Positions 1 to 9,758 of a stretch of 42,960 nucleotides of DNA are shown here, in pieces. The position numbers and the translations under genes are program-made. Position 1 is the first letter of the stretch; the number at the start of each line of letters is the position of its first letter. The notes under the pieces are model-generated. The model had not been told where the DNA came from, searched no databases, and saw only the letters and a program-made list of their open reading frames with translations. Source of the DNA: Candidatus Heimdallarchaeota archaeon (lineage in GTDB: Archaea; Asgardarchaeota; Heimdallarchaeia; Heimdallarchaeales; Heimdallarchaeaceae); NCBI GenBank assembly GCA_030668825.1, contig DAOVET010000014.1:1-42960 (forward strand). Direction: 5' to 3'.

Positions 1-62
1 CAACAGGAGCCCGTATGGTAGCCTATTGCCTTTTAATTGCACTTTCTTTCCTAGTCGGCTAA
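1..62 (+). CDS. Possible 3' end of a membrane protein gene (partial, window edge)
   Basis: Frame 3 reads TGARMVAYCLLIALSFLVG then TAA at 60-62; hydrophobic C-terminal helix followed by a T-rich tract. Too short to identify. Confidence 0.3.
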   Translation, partial: TGARMVAYCLLIALSFLVG

Positions 63-161
63 TGCCATCTCTAGAAAGTCCTCGATAAAGGCATTTGTAC
101 ATTCTTTTAATTAGTATTGAAGTTTTTTGTCTTATACAAAAGAAAAATAAGAAAAATTAAG

Positions 162-1229
162 TTAAAGACATTTCACTTCTTCAACTAAATCTTGATGTTT
201 ATTGAAATATTCTCTAGAAGGTTTTAGAATATCATTCAATAGATTTGCTAGGCTCATTTTAAGATCTAACGGATGTATAGTTCCTTCGATATACTCAACC
301 TTAAAGGATTCATAGGATGTATATATGAGATCACCACCAAACTTTTCGTCTCTTTCAATTTTGAATTGATCAAACATATCAAAGACGATATATTGAACCA
401 TTTCTGTAATGGGGTTACCAGTAACTTGTTTAGGAGGACACTGGGCTTTTTTGATTTTCCTTACTACATCTTCTTCACTATCATGTATGAAGATACAGGT
501 ATCAGGTTTAGATTTACTCATTTTAGCTGCTATCTGATCAGCAAGATCTGGAACAGAATCCGCATCCATTTTCTTTCCTAGCCCTTGTAATCCGGTTAAC
601 AGTGGTGTATGGATACAAGAGGGTTTAGTTCGTCCAAATTTTTCAGCTGTATCACGAGCTAGCATATGAGCTTTTCTTTGATCCATTCCTCCGTATGCCA
701 AGTCTATTTCCATATCATAGATATCAGCTACTTGCATAGCTGGATAATAGATAAAACTAGATTCAATTTCACCTTCAGATTTTCTTCCCATAATAGGAAG
801 TGTTCTAAGAACTCTTGTGAGGGAATTGGCTTTCGCAACTCTGATAACTTTCTCCCAGTAAGTAATTTTTTCAGCTAGTTCTGAAGCCCAAATATATTTG
901 ACGTTTGGTCCTTTTATTCCAATTGATTCAAAGGCTTTCTTAAAATATTCTCCTGCAAGTTGAATCTTCCCCATATCAGCTCCCAATTTGTTGTTAATCC
1001 AACTGTGCCAATCAGCCAAGAAAATAATTACTTCGAAACCTGCTTTCATCAAATCTTTGATTTTATTACCACAAAGAATACCTGTTCCTAGATGAACGAG
1101 ACCAGAAAGTTCGTATCCAATATAGGCTCTTGGTTTTTCTTTTTCTTCCAAAAGCTTTCTAATTTCTTCCTCAAGGATAACTTCTTCAGTATTTTTTGTT
1201 ACTAGTTTTATTCTTTCTTCAATAGACAT
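162..1229 (-). CDS. tyrS: Tyrosyl-tRNA synthetase, archaeal type
   Basis: AYIGYELSGLVHLG (HIGH-like), YPAMQVADI, GGMDQRKAH and KMSKS motifs. ATG at 1229 follows a GGTGA SD. Confidence 0.95.
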   Translation of the reverse strand: MSIEERIKLVTKNTEEVILEEEIRKLLEEKEKPRAYIGYELSGLVHLGTGILCGNKIKDLMKAGFEVIIFLADWHSWINNKLGADMGKIQLAGEYFKKAFESIGIKGPNVKYIWASELAEKITYWEKVIRVAKANSLTRVLRTLPIMGRKSEGEIESSFIYYPAMQVADIYDMEIDLAYGGMDQRKAHMLARDTAEKFGRTKPSCIHTPLLTGLQGLGKKMDADSVPDLADQIAAKMSKSKPDTCIFIHDSEEDVVRKIKKAQCPPKQVTGNPITEMVQYIVFDMFDQFKIERDEKFGGDLIYTSYESFKVEYIEGTIHPLDLKMSLANLLNDILKPSREYFNKHQDLVEEVKCL

Positions 1230-1400
1230 TAACACTCACCAAAACTATTAGTGTATTTATTGAGAACATCTGCCCTAACGTAACTCTATTTAAAAAACTC
1301 TTGGTTTGAGTTAAAGATATTCCAAGGACATCGTCTCATTTCTGAATTGTTTTCCAAACTCATAAATCTTTTGTCAAACAATAAAAAAAAGAAGGAAGAA

Positions 1401-2933
1401 TTAAATTTGTTTAAATTCAATTATCTTCAAACTAGTAGGTTTTTTAGAAATTTCTCCTTTTCTCGCACCGATTACAGTTTTAATTCCTTTTCCACTCGAA
1501 CGTTCTAGTAGTCTTTGAGTTATTATACCATCAATAACTAGAGTACTACCTTTTTCGATTTTTTCTAAGGATTCAAATATTTTTGCTGCTGAGCTTCTGA
1601 GAATTTCTTTCTGTTTTTCATCAAAAACAATGGCTTCCAGTTTTGTCTTAACTTCTTTAACTGCATTTGTTAAGTATTCAGGCAGCTCAACTTTTCGTAT
1701 TTCTCTCCTGGGAGGACGTTGACTAGTTGTCGGGCGATCGCGATCATATGTTTTAGTACTAGGACGAGAACCAGATCGGTAACTTGGACGGGAACTAGGA
1801 CGAGTTCCGGAACGAGAATCATATCGAGTACGTGTTGATGCCTGCGATGGTCTTCTTGTTGTTGTGGCTGGTCTAGTGGTATAAGGTTTTTGAGTAACTT
1901 TTTGCTCAATATCTTTTACAACTTTGGTATCTTTTCTAACGGTTTCGGTTTTTGCAGTTTTAGCTGGGGTTACCTTTTTAGTTGTAGTTTTTGGTTTCTT
2001 CACTTCAGGTTCTCTTTTGTACAATGAAAACTTCTTTAGTCTCTTTTTCTGAGGTTTTGATTTATCAAGAAACTCTTTAACTGTAATATCAGCATCTCTC
2101 CCAGTTAAGAAAATTGCTTTTTCTAATGGAACAGCTTCTTTCAAGGATTTCTTAGTTTCCGCTTCATTGAGATCCTCGACTTCCTTTCCTTTTGGAGCTC
2201 GAGCTACAAATTCAACGTGGGACACTTGGAGTAATTCTTTTAGAATTAAATCGCCGCCTCTGTCACCATCTAGAAAAGCAGTAACTGTTTTTTTTGCAAT
2301 TAAATCAATTAATTGAGAGGGTATACTTGTCCCATTAACTGCTACTGTGTTGTCAACACCAAATTTCAGAAGATTGATAACATCGGCTCTACCTTCAACA
2401 AGAATTGTTTTTTTCTGTTTTTTAAATCCAGGTCCAGCAGAAAACCCTTCATCTCCAAGACTAACAACTTGGCTTGATTTAGAAGGTTTTTTGACTTCCA
2501 TACTAATTGATGATGAAAAAGGACTAACATTTTGATCCCATTCACGAATGATTTCAGAAGCACGATCAACAATAGTTTGACGCTTACTGACTCTTACATC
2601 AACGATTTCCTCTAGTTTTACACTGCAGCTGCAAGGTCCTACTCTATCAACAGTTTCGAGAGTAGCTGCTAATATTGCGGTTTCCATGCGGGATAAGCTT
2701 GAAGGGATGATTATCCTCCCAGTAGTTTTTCCTTTTTTGCTACTAAGTTCAACATTAATTCTTCCAATTCTTCCAGTTTTTTGGAGTTCGCGAATATCGA
2801 GATTCTCACTCAAAAGCCCATCAGTTTGTCCATAAATCCCTCCAATTATGTCAGGCTTCTCAACGACTCCATCAATTTCAAAAGATGCTTTTATTTCATA
2901 TTTTGTTGTTGAAGCATCTGTTTTTGCACCCAT
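1401..2933 (-). CDS. dnaG: Archaeal DnaG (TOPRIM; exosome-associated RNA-binding subunit)
   Basis: GVVEKPDIIGGIYGQTDGLL, ELQKTGRIGRI, VEGRADV, FLDGDRGG motifs and C-terminal IDGIITQRL; GGTGA SD upstream. Confidence 0.95.
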   Translation of the reverse strand: MGAKTDASTTKYEIKASFEIDGVVEKPDIIGGIYGQTDGLLSENLDIRELQKTGRIGRINVELSSKKGKTTGRIIIPSSLSRMETAILAATLETVDRVGPCSCSVKLEEIVDVRVSKRQTIVDRASEIIREWDQNVSPFSSSISMEVKKPSKSSQVVSLGDEGFSAGPGFKKQKKTILVEGRADVINLLKFGVDNTVAVNGTSIPSQLIDLIAKKTVTAFLDGDRGGDLILKELLQVSHVEFVARAPKGKEVEDLNEAETKKSLKEAVPLEKAIFLTGRDADITVKEFLDKSKPQKKRLKKFSLYKREPEVKKPKTTTKKVTPAKTAKTETVRKDTKVVKDIEQKVTQKPYTTRPATTTRRPSQASTRTRYDSRSGTRPSSRPSYRSGSRPSTKTYDRDRPTTSQRPPRREIRKVELPEYLTNAVKEVKTKLEAIVFDEKQKEILRSSAAKIFESLEKIEKGSTLVIDGIITQRLLERSSGKGIKTVIGARKGEISKKPTSLKIIEFKQI

Positions 2934-3391
2934 TTAATTTCACCTATTATTTTACTTTGTTGCATAGTTGCATAAGATTACAAGAAAAAAGATGGATTCT
3001 TATTGTCCCTTACCCTATTATCGTTGTATCTCAAACTCATCGAGAGCTTTTTTCCGACACATGTAATACACTTTTATGTGATAATGATATGACTTGGAAG
3101 TCATTTAATATATATGATCGTGATAGGATGTGTGAGTTTTAATCCATCCAAGTTTTCTTGCAAACTTGAACTCACATTATTATTGCAGGCGTATTTTTTA
3201 CCTGTAATTTCTAAATGTTGAACTATTCGTTCTTCAGTTCAAGTAAACATAAAAGTGTTAGAATTAAAAAAGTTCCCATATAACACAAACCTTCTACATA
3301 GAACTTTCAGGAGTTAAATTATAAGCAAGGTTGTGGAGATATTTTTGCTTAAGTTTAAATAAGTTCAAATGTAGTCATATAGTGTAGAAAA

Positions 3392-3838
3392 ATGAACTTG
3401 GGATCATATATTGGATTGGGAGTAGGATTTGGGTGCTTACTCATATTAGTTATTGTAATTATTTTATTAAAGAGTAAGAAGAAGGAAAAGAATCCCCTGA
3501 TTTCTAGATCTAAAGATACCATTGTTATGATTAATCAAAGAATTTTATCAATAAATTCCCGAATACGGAAGTTTGATGAAGAAATTACTAAATTAGTAGC
3601 AGCCAAAGAAGAAGGAAACATTTCTCTTCTTGATAATAGTATTTCATTTGAAGATATACCTCATGAAATTGAAACCAAAAAAACTGCTATTAATGGATAT
3701 ATTGCTGATATTAAAGATCTTGAGGACTACAAGAGAGAAATAGAAGAAATATTGTTGAAAAAAGACGAAAATAAATGGGATGAATTAGAATCACTTCTGA
3801 GTCAAACAAAGGAGAAAATGAAATATAGATTCATTTAG
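3392..3838 (+). CDS. Hypothetical protein with N-terminal TM helix and coiled coil
   Basis: 148 aa ORF; hydrophobic N-terminus followed by a Lys cluster and a heptad-like helical region. Confidence 0.75.
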   Translation: MNLGSYIGLGVGFGCLLILVIVIILLKSKKKEKNPLISRSKDTIVMINQRILSINSRIRKFDEEITKLVAAKEEGNISLLDNSISFEDIPHEIETKKTAINGYIADIKDLEDYKREIEEILLKKDENKWDELESLLSQTKEKMKYRFI

Positions 3839-3940
3839 CAAAAATCTTTAAACTAGAAATAAAAATAGCTTTTGAGATTAATAGAAATGCTTTTATTCGA
3901 ATGTTAGGAGCAAAGAACAGAATAATTGGGGTGAGCCTTA

Positions 3941-4099
3941 TTGCCAGTTACAAATCCGGAATACAGAGCTATCGCACGAGCACATATTATGGAAAAAAAA
4001 GTTTGTCGAAAGTGTTATGCAACCAACCCGGTAAACGCTACAAAATGCCGTAAATGCAGATCGAAAGAGCTCAGAATGAAAAGATCCAATAAGAAATAG
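3941..4099 (+). CDS. rpl40e: 50S ribosomal protein L40e (missing from ORF track)
   Basis: Manual translation from TTG: MPVTNPEYRAIARAHIMEKKVCRKCYATNPVNATKCRKCRSKELRMKRSNKK. Has the CRKCYATNP...CRKC zinc motif; GGGGTGAG SD upstream. Confidence 0.95.
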   Translation: MPVTNPEYRAIARAHIMEKKVCRKCYATNPVNATKCRKCRSKELRMKRSNKK

Positions 4100-4236
4100 A
4101 TACAATTCAGGCACTCAATTCTGTAATAAAATTCCACACTGTGTTGTCATAAGATTTAAATGCAATTTATAATCTCTGTAGATAAATCAAGTACAAAAAG
4201 TCGGAAATACTTTGATTCATTTAATGTGATATACTA

Positions 4237-5136
4237 ATGAGCACCGAAAGCGAAGAAATTAGCCTTGATGAAAAGAGAACAAATCTTACTTCTCTTAGAC
4301 GAAAAAGAAAAGAGCTAATTGACAAACTTCATGAGCTGAACAATAAACGAAATGAATTGCGCAGTCAGAGAGACAAAAATAACAAATTAGCTAGAGAACT
4401 CTTTGATGAAGCTCGCACAGCAAAAGAGAAGAGAAATCAGATCAATGAAGAAGTCCAAGTTCGTAAACAAATGCGAGATATTTTACGTGAAGATGCTGAT
4501 CAAATTGGGAAAAGAATTGTAGAATTAGGTTCCCAAATGAAAAATATAAGTGTTCCTAAAAACAGACGTGTGGGCGATAGAATTCGCAAACTTGAAAGAC
4601 AACTTGAAACAACACCATTTTTAACCAAAGAGATGGAAAAACAAACACTTACTCAACTTGAAGAGCTGAGTTCAGAGTTTGAAAAACTGGAGCAATTTAA
4701 AGATTTAAGAAGTGAGTTTCGAGATATTAAAAACAAGTTAAGACACATGCAAACTGAAATCAAAACTTATCATACTAGTGTTACAACCTTAGCTCATGAA
4801 TCACAAATTCATCAAGAAAAAATGATTGAAGCTACAAAAAATGCTAGGAAAGTCAAAGTTGAATCTGATGAATCTCATGCTGAAGTTATTGCTTTAAGTT
4901 CTTCTATTAGTGGAATAAGAAAAGAGCTTGATGGCCTAACAGGTGAAGTTAAGAAACTATCAAATGAACTTGGAGCCGAAATTCAAGCTGCAAGAAAAGC
5001 TAGAAAATCAGAAGTTAGGAGAGCCAGAGAACACAAACTTGATACCAAAGCTGAAGAAATTTTAGTTAAATATAAAGATGGTAACTCATTAACTTTGGAT
5101 GAGTTTAAAGTTCTCATGGAGAGAGGATTAATCTAA
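4237..5136 (+). CDS. Archaeal long coiled-coil protein (COG1340-like)
   Basis: 299 aa all-helical charged protein ending in KAEEILVKYKDGNSLTLDEF, resembling this family; adjacent to L40e. Confidence 0.75.
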   Translation: MSTESEEISLDEKRTNLTSLRRKRKELIDKLHELNNKRNELRSQRDKNNKLARELFDEARTAKEKRNQINEEVQVRKQMRDILREDADQIGKRIVELGSQMKNISVPKNRRVGDRIRKLERQLETTPFLTKEMEKQTLTQLEELSSEFEKLEQFKDLRSEFRDIKNKLRHMQTEIKTYHTSVTTLAHESQIHQEKMIEATKNARKVKVESDESHAEVIALSSSISGIRKELDGLTGEVKKLSNELGAEIQAARKARKSEVRRAREHKLDTKAEEILVKYKDGNSLTLDEFKVLMERGLI

Positions 5137-5257
5137 TTTTATACTCAGATTCTATTCTTGTTTAAAATCTAGTAACTTACGCAACAATACGCATTATTCA
5201 CAAGTCTTAAAACAATGATACGTGACTGTAATAAAATCAATAATTGGTGTTCTCTAA

Positions 5258-5761
5258 GTGAAACTACCTATTTGTGTTATCGATGCACAGACTAATACAT
5301 TGTGTAGGAAATGTAAACAACTTTACAGAGACGGGAAAATCTCGGATATTGACATTGAAATTTCAAAGATTATAATTGATGCATCTAAATCAAACAAAAA
5401 TCTGAAAAATATCTCTTTCTACTCATCATATGAACTCTCAGATGTTATCATGATAATAACAAGAAAACAGGACATTGCTATTTTATCCTCTCCTGAAATA
5501 TTGGACAAAATAAAGCAAAATACACACAAAGAAATTCGCTTTCTTGAAAAAACAAATGATCCTAAAAAATTAATTGAAAGCTTATTAGATCCAGTTCCAA
5601 TAGTCAATTTGTCAACTTTATATATTCCACCTTACAGCGATAAAGAATACAAAATTGAAATAGGAAAGCAGTTTAAGGATAAACTTCCTATACCCGAGGA
5701 AGTCATTGTTCAAGCAGTCACTTCTGTTTTGGGCACAGAAGCTTACATTGAATTTGTATAG
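5258..5761 (+). CDS. Archaeal NusA-like KH-domain protein with N-terminal Cys motif
   Basis: MKLPICVIDAQTNTLCRKC start and LIESLLDPVPI segment typical of the second archaeal NusA paralogue. Confidence 0.75.
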   Translation: MKLPICVIDAQTNTLCRKCKQLYRDGKISDIDIEISKIIIDASKSNKNLKNISFYSSYELSDVIMIITRKQDIAILSSPEILDKIKQNTHKEIRFLEKTNDPKKLIESLLDPVPIVNLSTLYIPPYSDKEYKIEIGKQFKDKLPIPEEVIVQAVTSVLGTEAYIEFV

Positions 5762-5895
5762 TATGCAACAGAAAATAAAGAGCAAATGAGAGCTTTAAAT
5801 GAAATTAGGAATTTTTCCCACTTAAACAAGAAAAAAATTCTATTTTTTAAAATAAATCGTTAATATTTTATACTTAAATTATATACACCGTTCAT

Positions 5896-6255
5896 ATGAG
5901 TTTCAAGTACAAGCAAGTTATAGCAGTTCGAACTGATTTGAAAATGTCTAAAGGAAAAACAGCTGTTCAAGTAGCCCATGGATCAGTATCTGCATACGTA
6001 AAAACCAAAAAATACTATCCTGATTGGGCGGATAATTGGTTAAAAGAAGGACAAAAGAAAATCACAGTTAAAGTAAGTTCTCAAGAAGATGTCCACAAAT
6101 TAGCAGAACTAGCGAGAAAATCAGATTTGCCTTATGCCATAATTAATGATGCAGGGCTCACACAATTACCACCAGGTACAACAACAGTAATCAGTATTGG
6201 TCCTTCAAGACAAGAGCTAATTGATAAAATATCAGCTGATTTATCATTACTTTAG
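5896..6255 (+). CDS. pth2: Peptidyl-tRNA hydrolase Pth2
   Basis: KQVIAVRTDLKMSKGKTAVQVAH, GQKKI and DAGLTQLPPGT motifs. Confidence 0.97.
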   Translation: MSFKYKQVIAVRTDLKMSKGKTAVQVAHGSVSAYVKTKKYYPDWADNWLKEGQKKITVKVSSQEDVHKLAELARKSDLPYAIINDAGLTQLPPGTTTVISIGPSRQELIDKISADLSLL

Positions 6256-6278
6256 ACTAGAACAAGGAGTGCAGAATC

Positions 6279-7517
6279 TTGAACTCTGATGACTTGCCTG
6301 TTACAACAATAACAAGGAAAGAAGGAATAAAAGGTCAGATTAAACAACGGTCTGAAGATTTTATTGTACGCGAAAAAATTGATGAAACTCACATACTAGA
6401 TCCTAGACTTGAAACCCATAAGCTTCCTGGAAAGAAAGGATTATTCCTTCATTTTGTTCTCATAAAAAACAATATTGATACTTCTGCAGCTTTAGATTGG
6501 ATAGCTAATTTATGGAAAGTCAAGCGCAATGATTTGAGTATTGCAGGAACAAAAGATAAACGAGCTTTTACTGCACAGAGAGTTTCTCTATGGGGTGTGA
6601 AGAAAAAATATGAGGAAGGAAAACTGAAAGAGATTAACCTCCCCAAAATCAAAACAAAATCACTATGTTTTAGAATCAATGAGATTAGGCTCGGAAATTT
6701 ATGGGGAAATGCATTTCACATCACCATTAGAGATATACTTACGGACATGACACAAACTAAAATTAGACTAGAAGATAAAATTAATGAAATCAATGATTTT
6801 GGGTATTTACTGAATAGTTTTGGACAACAAAGATTTGGAACAATCAGACCAATAACCCATCTAGTTGGAGAAAAGCTAATTTTGGGGAATATCAAGGAGG
6901 CGCTGAAGATTTATATTGGAAAGTGCTATAAAGACGAATCTCAAGAAGCACTTGAAGCAAGAAGATTGTATTGGGAAACAGAAAATCCTCAAGAGGTTCT
7001 TAAGATTATTCCAGAACACATGCATATTGAAAGGAAAATGTTAAGAGAACTTCAAAAGCATAAAAACCATAAACAAGCTTTTTTTTCTCTGCCACTGCAA
7101 TTCCAAAAGTTGTTCATTCATGCTTATCAATCTTATATTTTCAATAAGTATCTGAAAATCAGATATGAAAAATACTCAAAAGATCTCAGTAAACCTATAG
7201 ATGGAGAAAAAGTTGTTGATAATACAGTATCAGCTCCCCTAATTGGCAATAGAACTGAATTGTCTGGACAAACAGAGGAGATTCATTCTAAAATTCTTAA
7301 ACATGAAGAAGTGTCTATGCAAGACTTCAATAGTCCCTTAGTAATGAAATTAGGTGGAGGGGGGTCATATCGAGCACTAGGAATGAAAGTGTACAATCTG
7401 AAAATCGATGAAATTACAGAAGATGAAATAAATACAGGAAAAACTAAGGCAATCTTAAGTTTTGAATTAAGAAAGGGGTCATATGCAACAGAGGTTTTAA
7501 AGGAAATAATTAGGTAG
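6279..7517 (+). CDS. truD: tRNA pseudouridine(13) synthase TruD/Pus7
   Basis: EDFIVRE, catalytic AGTKDKRA, GNAFHITIR, FGQQRFG, FIHAYQSYIFN and GSYAT motifs. Confidence 0.95.
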   Translation: MNSDDLPVTTITRKEGIKGQIKQRSEDFIVREKIDETHILDPRLETHKLPGKKGLFLHFVLIKNNIDTSAALDWIANLWKVKRNDLSIAGTKDKRAFTAQRVSLWGVKKKYEEGKLKEINLPKIKTKSLCFRINEIRLGNLWGNAFHITIRDILTDMTQTKIRLEDKINEINDFGYLLNSFGQQRFGTIRPITHLVGEKLILGNIKEALKIYIGKCYKDESQEALEARRLYWETENPQEVLKIIPEHMHIERKMLRELQKHKNHKQAFFSLPLQFQKLFIHAYQSYIFNKYLKIRYEKYSKDLSKPIDGEKVVDNTVSAPLIGNRTELSGQTEEIHSKILKHEEVSMQDFNSPLVMKLGGGGSYRALGMKVYNLKIDEITEDEINTGKTKAILSFELRKGSYATEVLKEIIR

Positions 7518-7553
7518 GCGAGCTTCGAAAACATCTGAGGATTCTGAAGAAGA

Positions 7554-8018
7554 TCATTCAGTTTTTCTTATCATTAGAAATGCATCAGAATTATTTTGAT
7601 AGTATTTTCTAATTCGGGATACAATCTCAAACCCTAGTTCCTCATATAACTTAATGGCTCCTGCGTTATCAACACTAACCTCTAGTTTTGTGTTTGGATG
7701 GCCTAATAAAGAGGAGCGCTCAAGAAAATATAATAGAATCTTCTTCCCAAAACCCATTCCACGATAATTTTCTAGAATAGCTATCGAAAATATGTGTGTT
7801 TGTTTTTCAGCTGGAATATATCCCCCTAGCAAAAACCCTACGATTTCCTGATCATATTCAATTACAAAACACAATTCTGGAGCACCAAAATAGATATTGT
7901 GAATTAGAACCTCACCAAATGGGTATGGAAAACTCTTTCTTTCTATTTCGTATACCTTTAAGATATCATCTTCTCTCATGTGTCTTATGTGGGACGAATT
8001 TTCATTCATTCTTATCAC
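7554..8018 (-). CDS. rimI: RimI/Ard1-family N-acetyltransferase (GNAT)
   Basis: IERKSFPYP, YRGMGFG acetyl-CoA motif, LEVSVDN..AIKLYE and KYYQNNSDA. Confidence 0.85.
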   Translation of the reverse strand: MIRMNENSSHIRHMREDDILKVYEIERKSFPYPFGEVLIHNIYFGAPELCFVIEYDQEIVGFLLGGYIPAEKQTHIFSIAILENYRGMGFGKKILLYFLERSSLLGHPNTKLEVSVDNAGAIKLYEELGFEIVSRIRKYYQNNSDAFLMIRKTE

Positions 8019-8177
8019 AAGTTTTTTCTGTTGTACAACTAATCAAGATTAAACTTAGGGAAATTCTAGGTTTTATTGAATTGATTTAATTAGTTTTTTT
8101 ACTTTTCTGAACAACCTTTTCAGAAACAAGTTTTAAAATGGACATGTTGTAATATTCATATTCATAGATATATTGAG

Positions 8178-8615
8178 ATGAAGAATTTGAGTAAAAAAAG
8201 AGCCGCGGATTATGAAAGAGTATTGGTGAATAGGTTCTGGGAATATGGGTTTGCAGTTATGAGGGCCCCTTCTTCATCAGGAACAAGTAAAATGCCTAGA
8301 CCTGACGTTTTCGCAGGTTCTGCTGAAAAGGGAATGTTGTTGGCTATTGAAATCAAAACAAGTCGTCAAGAAGTTTTTTATATCCAAGAGGAACAAATAC
8401 AAGGTTTAATAGAGTTTGCAGACAGACTAGGAGCTGAACCATATGTTGCTGTCAAATTCGTTGGTAAGCGAATGGATTTCATCTTTCTATCTGTACCAGA
8501 ATCTCTAACTCAAAGCAAGGGTGGTAGCTATCGAATAACTATTAAAAATCTTAAATCAAAAGGAACAGATTTCTACTCTCTTATAGGTGAAGAAAAACAT
8601 AAAGATCAAAAATAA
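8178..8615 (+). CDS. hjc: Holliday junction resolvase Hjc
   Basis: ERVL, GFAVMRAPSS, PDV and IEIK (PD-D/ExK), EQIQGLIEFA. Confidence 0.92.
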   Translation: MKNLSKKRAADYERVLVNRFWEYGFAVMRAPSSSGTSKMPRPDVFAGSAEKGMLLAIEIKTSRQEVFYIQEEQIQGLIEFADRLGAEPYVAVKFVGKRMDFIFLSVPESLTQSKGGSYRITIKNLKSKGTDFYSLIGEEKHKDQK

Positions 8616-8664
8616 AGAAAACAAGAAATAGTGGGTCTAGAATCAATTTGAAGTTGATGATGAA

Positions 8665-9753
8665 ATGAAGATACTAAAAAAGGACTATAAGCATGGAATA
8701 ATTGAACTTATCCCTGAAAATATTGATGACTTATATGGTATCTATAGAATCTTAAAGCAAGGTGATAAGGTTAGAGCTTCCACATCTAGAAGATTGAGAA
8801 GAAAGGATGATGGAGTAAGAGCTGATACTGGTGAAAGAGTCAAAATGACACTTGAAGTAGAAGTTGAAGAACTTGCTTTTCATGGTTTTGGAGATAATTT
8901 AAGATTCAAGGGGACAGTAATCGATGGTCCTGATGATCTAATATCTCTAGGAAGTTATCATACTATTTCATTATCTTTGATGGAAAAAGTTCGTATTGTA
9001 AAGGCAGACTGGACCCCAATGGAGAAAAAAGTTATAGAGGACATAGAAAAAGCATCAATGTTAGCTAAACTTATAATTGTGACGATCGAAGATAATAGCG
9101 TCTGTATTGCTCTAGTTACACAATTCTCAACTAAAATTATTTCTGAATTTAGTTCACCAGTCTCAAGGAAATTTAGTGATGTTAAACAACATTCTAGTGA
9201 AATGGGTCAGTTCTTTGCTGATGTTCTTCAATTAATACAAGATACAGTCAAACAATATGAATCACAAGTCATAATTCTAGCAGGTCCAGGGTTTACTCCT
9301 GAAAACTTCTATGATTTTATTAAAACTAGAGATCAAATTCTGTTCGAGAAAATTACCCGGGTTCATGTAAGTACAGGCGGTAGAGTTGGCTTAAAGGAAG
9401 TTCTTTCCACAAAACTTCCGGAAAAAATTGCTAACGAACAACGTGTTGCTTATGAAACCAGATTAATTGACGAAGTACTGAAAAGATTAGGTCAGGATAT
9501 AGGAACCGTTACTTATGGATTAGATAATGTGAAGAGAGCTTTAGATATGGGGGCAATTGAAATTTTACTTATTAGTGATGATCAAATCAGCATAGAAGAT
9601 CTTGAAAAAAGAAGAGTTATTGATGAAATGGTTGATACAAATTCGCAGATGAGAGGAAAAACTGTCATTATGTCAATTAATCATGAATCTGGAGAACAAC
9701 TTTCTAAATTAGGAGGACTAGCAGCTCTTCTCAGATACCAACTACGGGATTGA
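8665..9753 (+). CDS. pelA: mRNA surveillance protein Pelota (aDom34)
   Basis: PENIDDLY, GSYHT, ILAGPGF, VTYG and HESGEQLSKLGGLAALLRY motifs. Confidence 0.96.
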   Translation: MKILKKDYKHGIIELIPENIDDLYGIYRILKQGDKVRASTSRRLRRKDDGVRADTGERVKMTLEVEVEELAFHGFGDNLRFKGTVIDGPDDLISLGSYHTISLSLMEKVRIVKADWTPMEKKVIEDIEKASMLAKLIIVTIEDNSVCIALVTQFSTKIISEFSSPVSRKFSDVKQHSSEMGQFFADVLQLIQDTVKQYESQVIILAGPGFTPENFYDFIKTRDQILFEKITRVHVSTGGRVGLKEVLSTKLPEKIANEQRVAYETRLIDEVLKRLGQDIGTVTYGLDNVKRALDMGAIEILLISDDQISIEDLEKRRVIDEMVDTNSQMRGKTVIMSINHESGEQLSKLGGLAALLRYQLRD

Positions 9754-9758
9754 TTTTG

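Noticed and set aside
63-100. GAAAGTCC as a possible RNase P RNA signature
   Set aside because: Not the full GAGGAAAGUCC motif, and the downstream sequence is AT-rich and runs into tyrS.
2885-3142. 85-aa ORF upstream of dnaG
   Set aside because: Overlaps the dnaG start and promoter region; no motif or SD.
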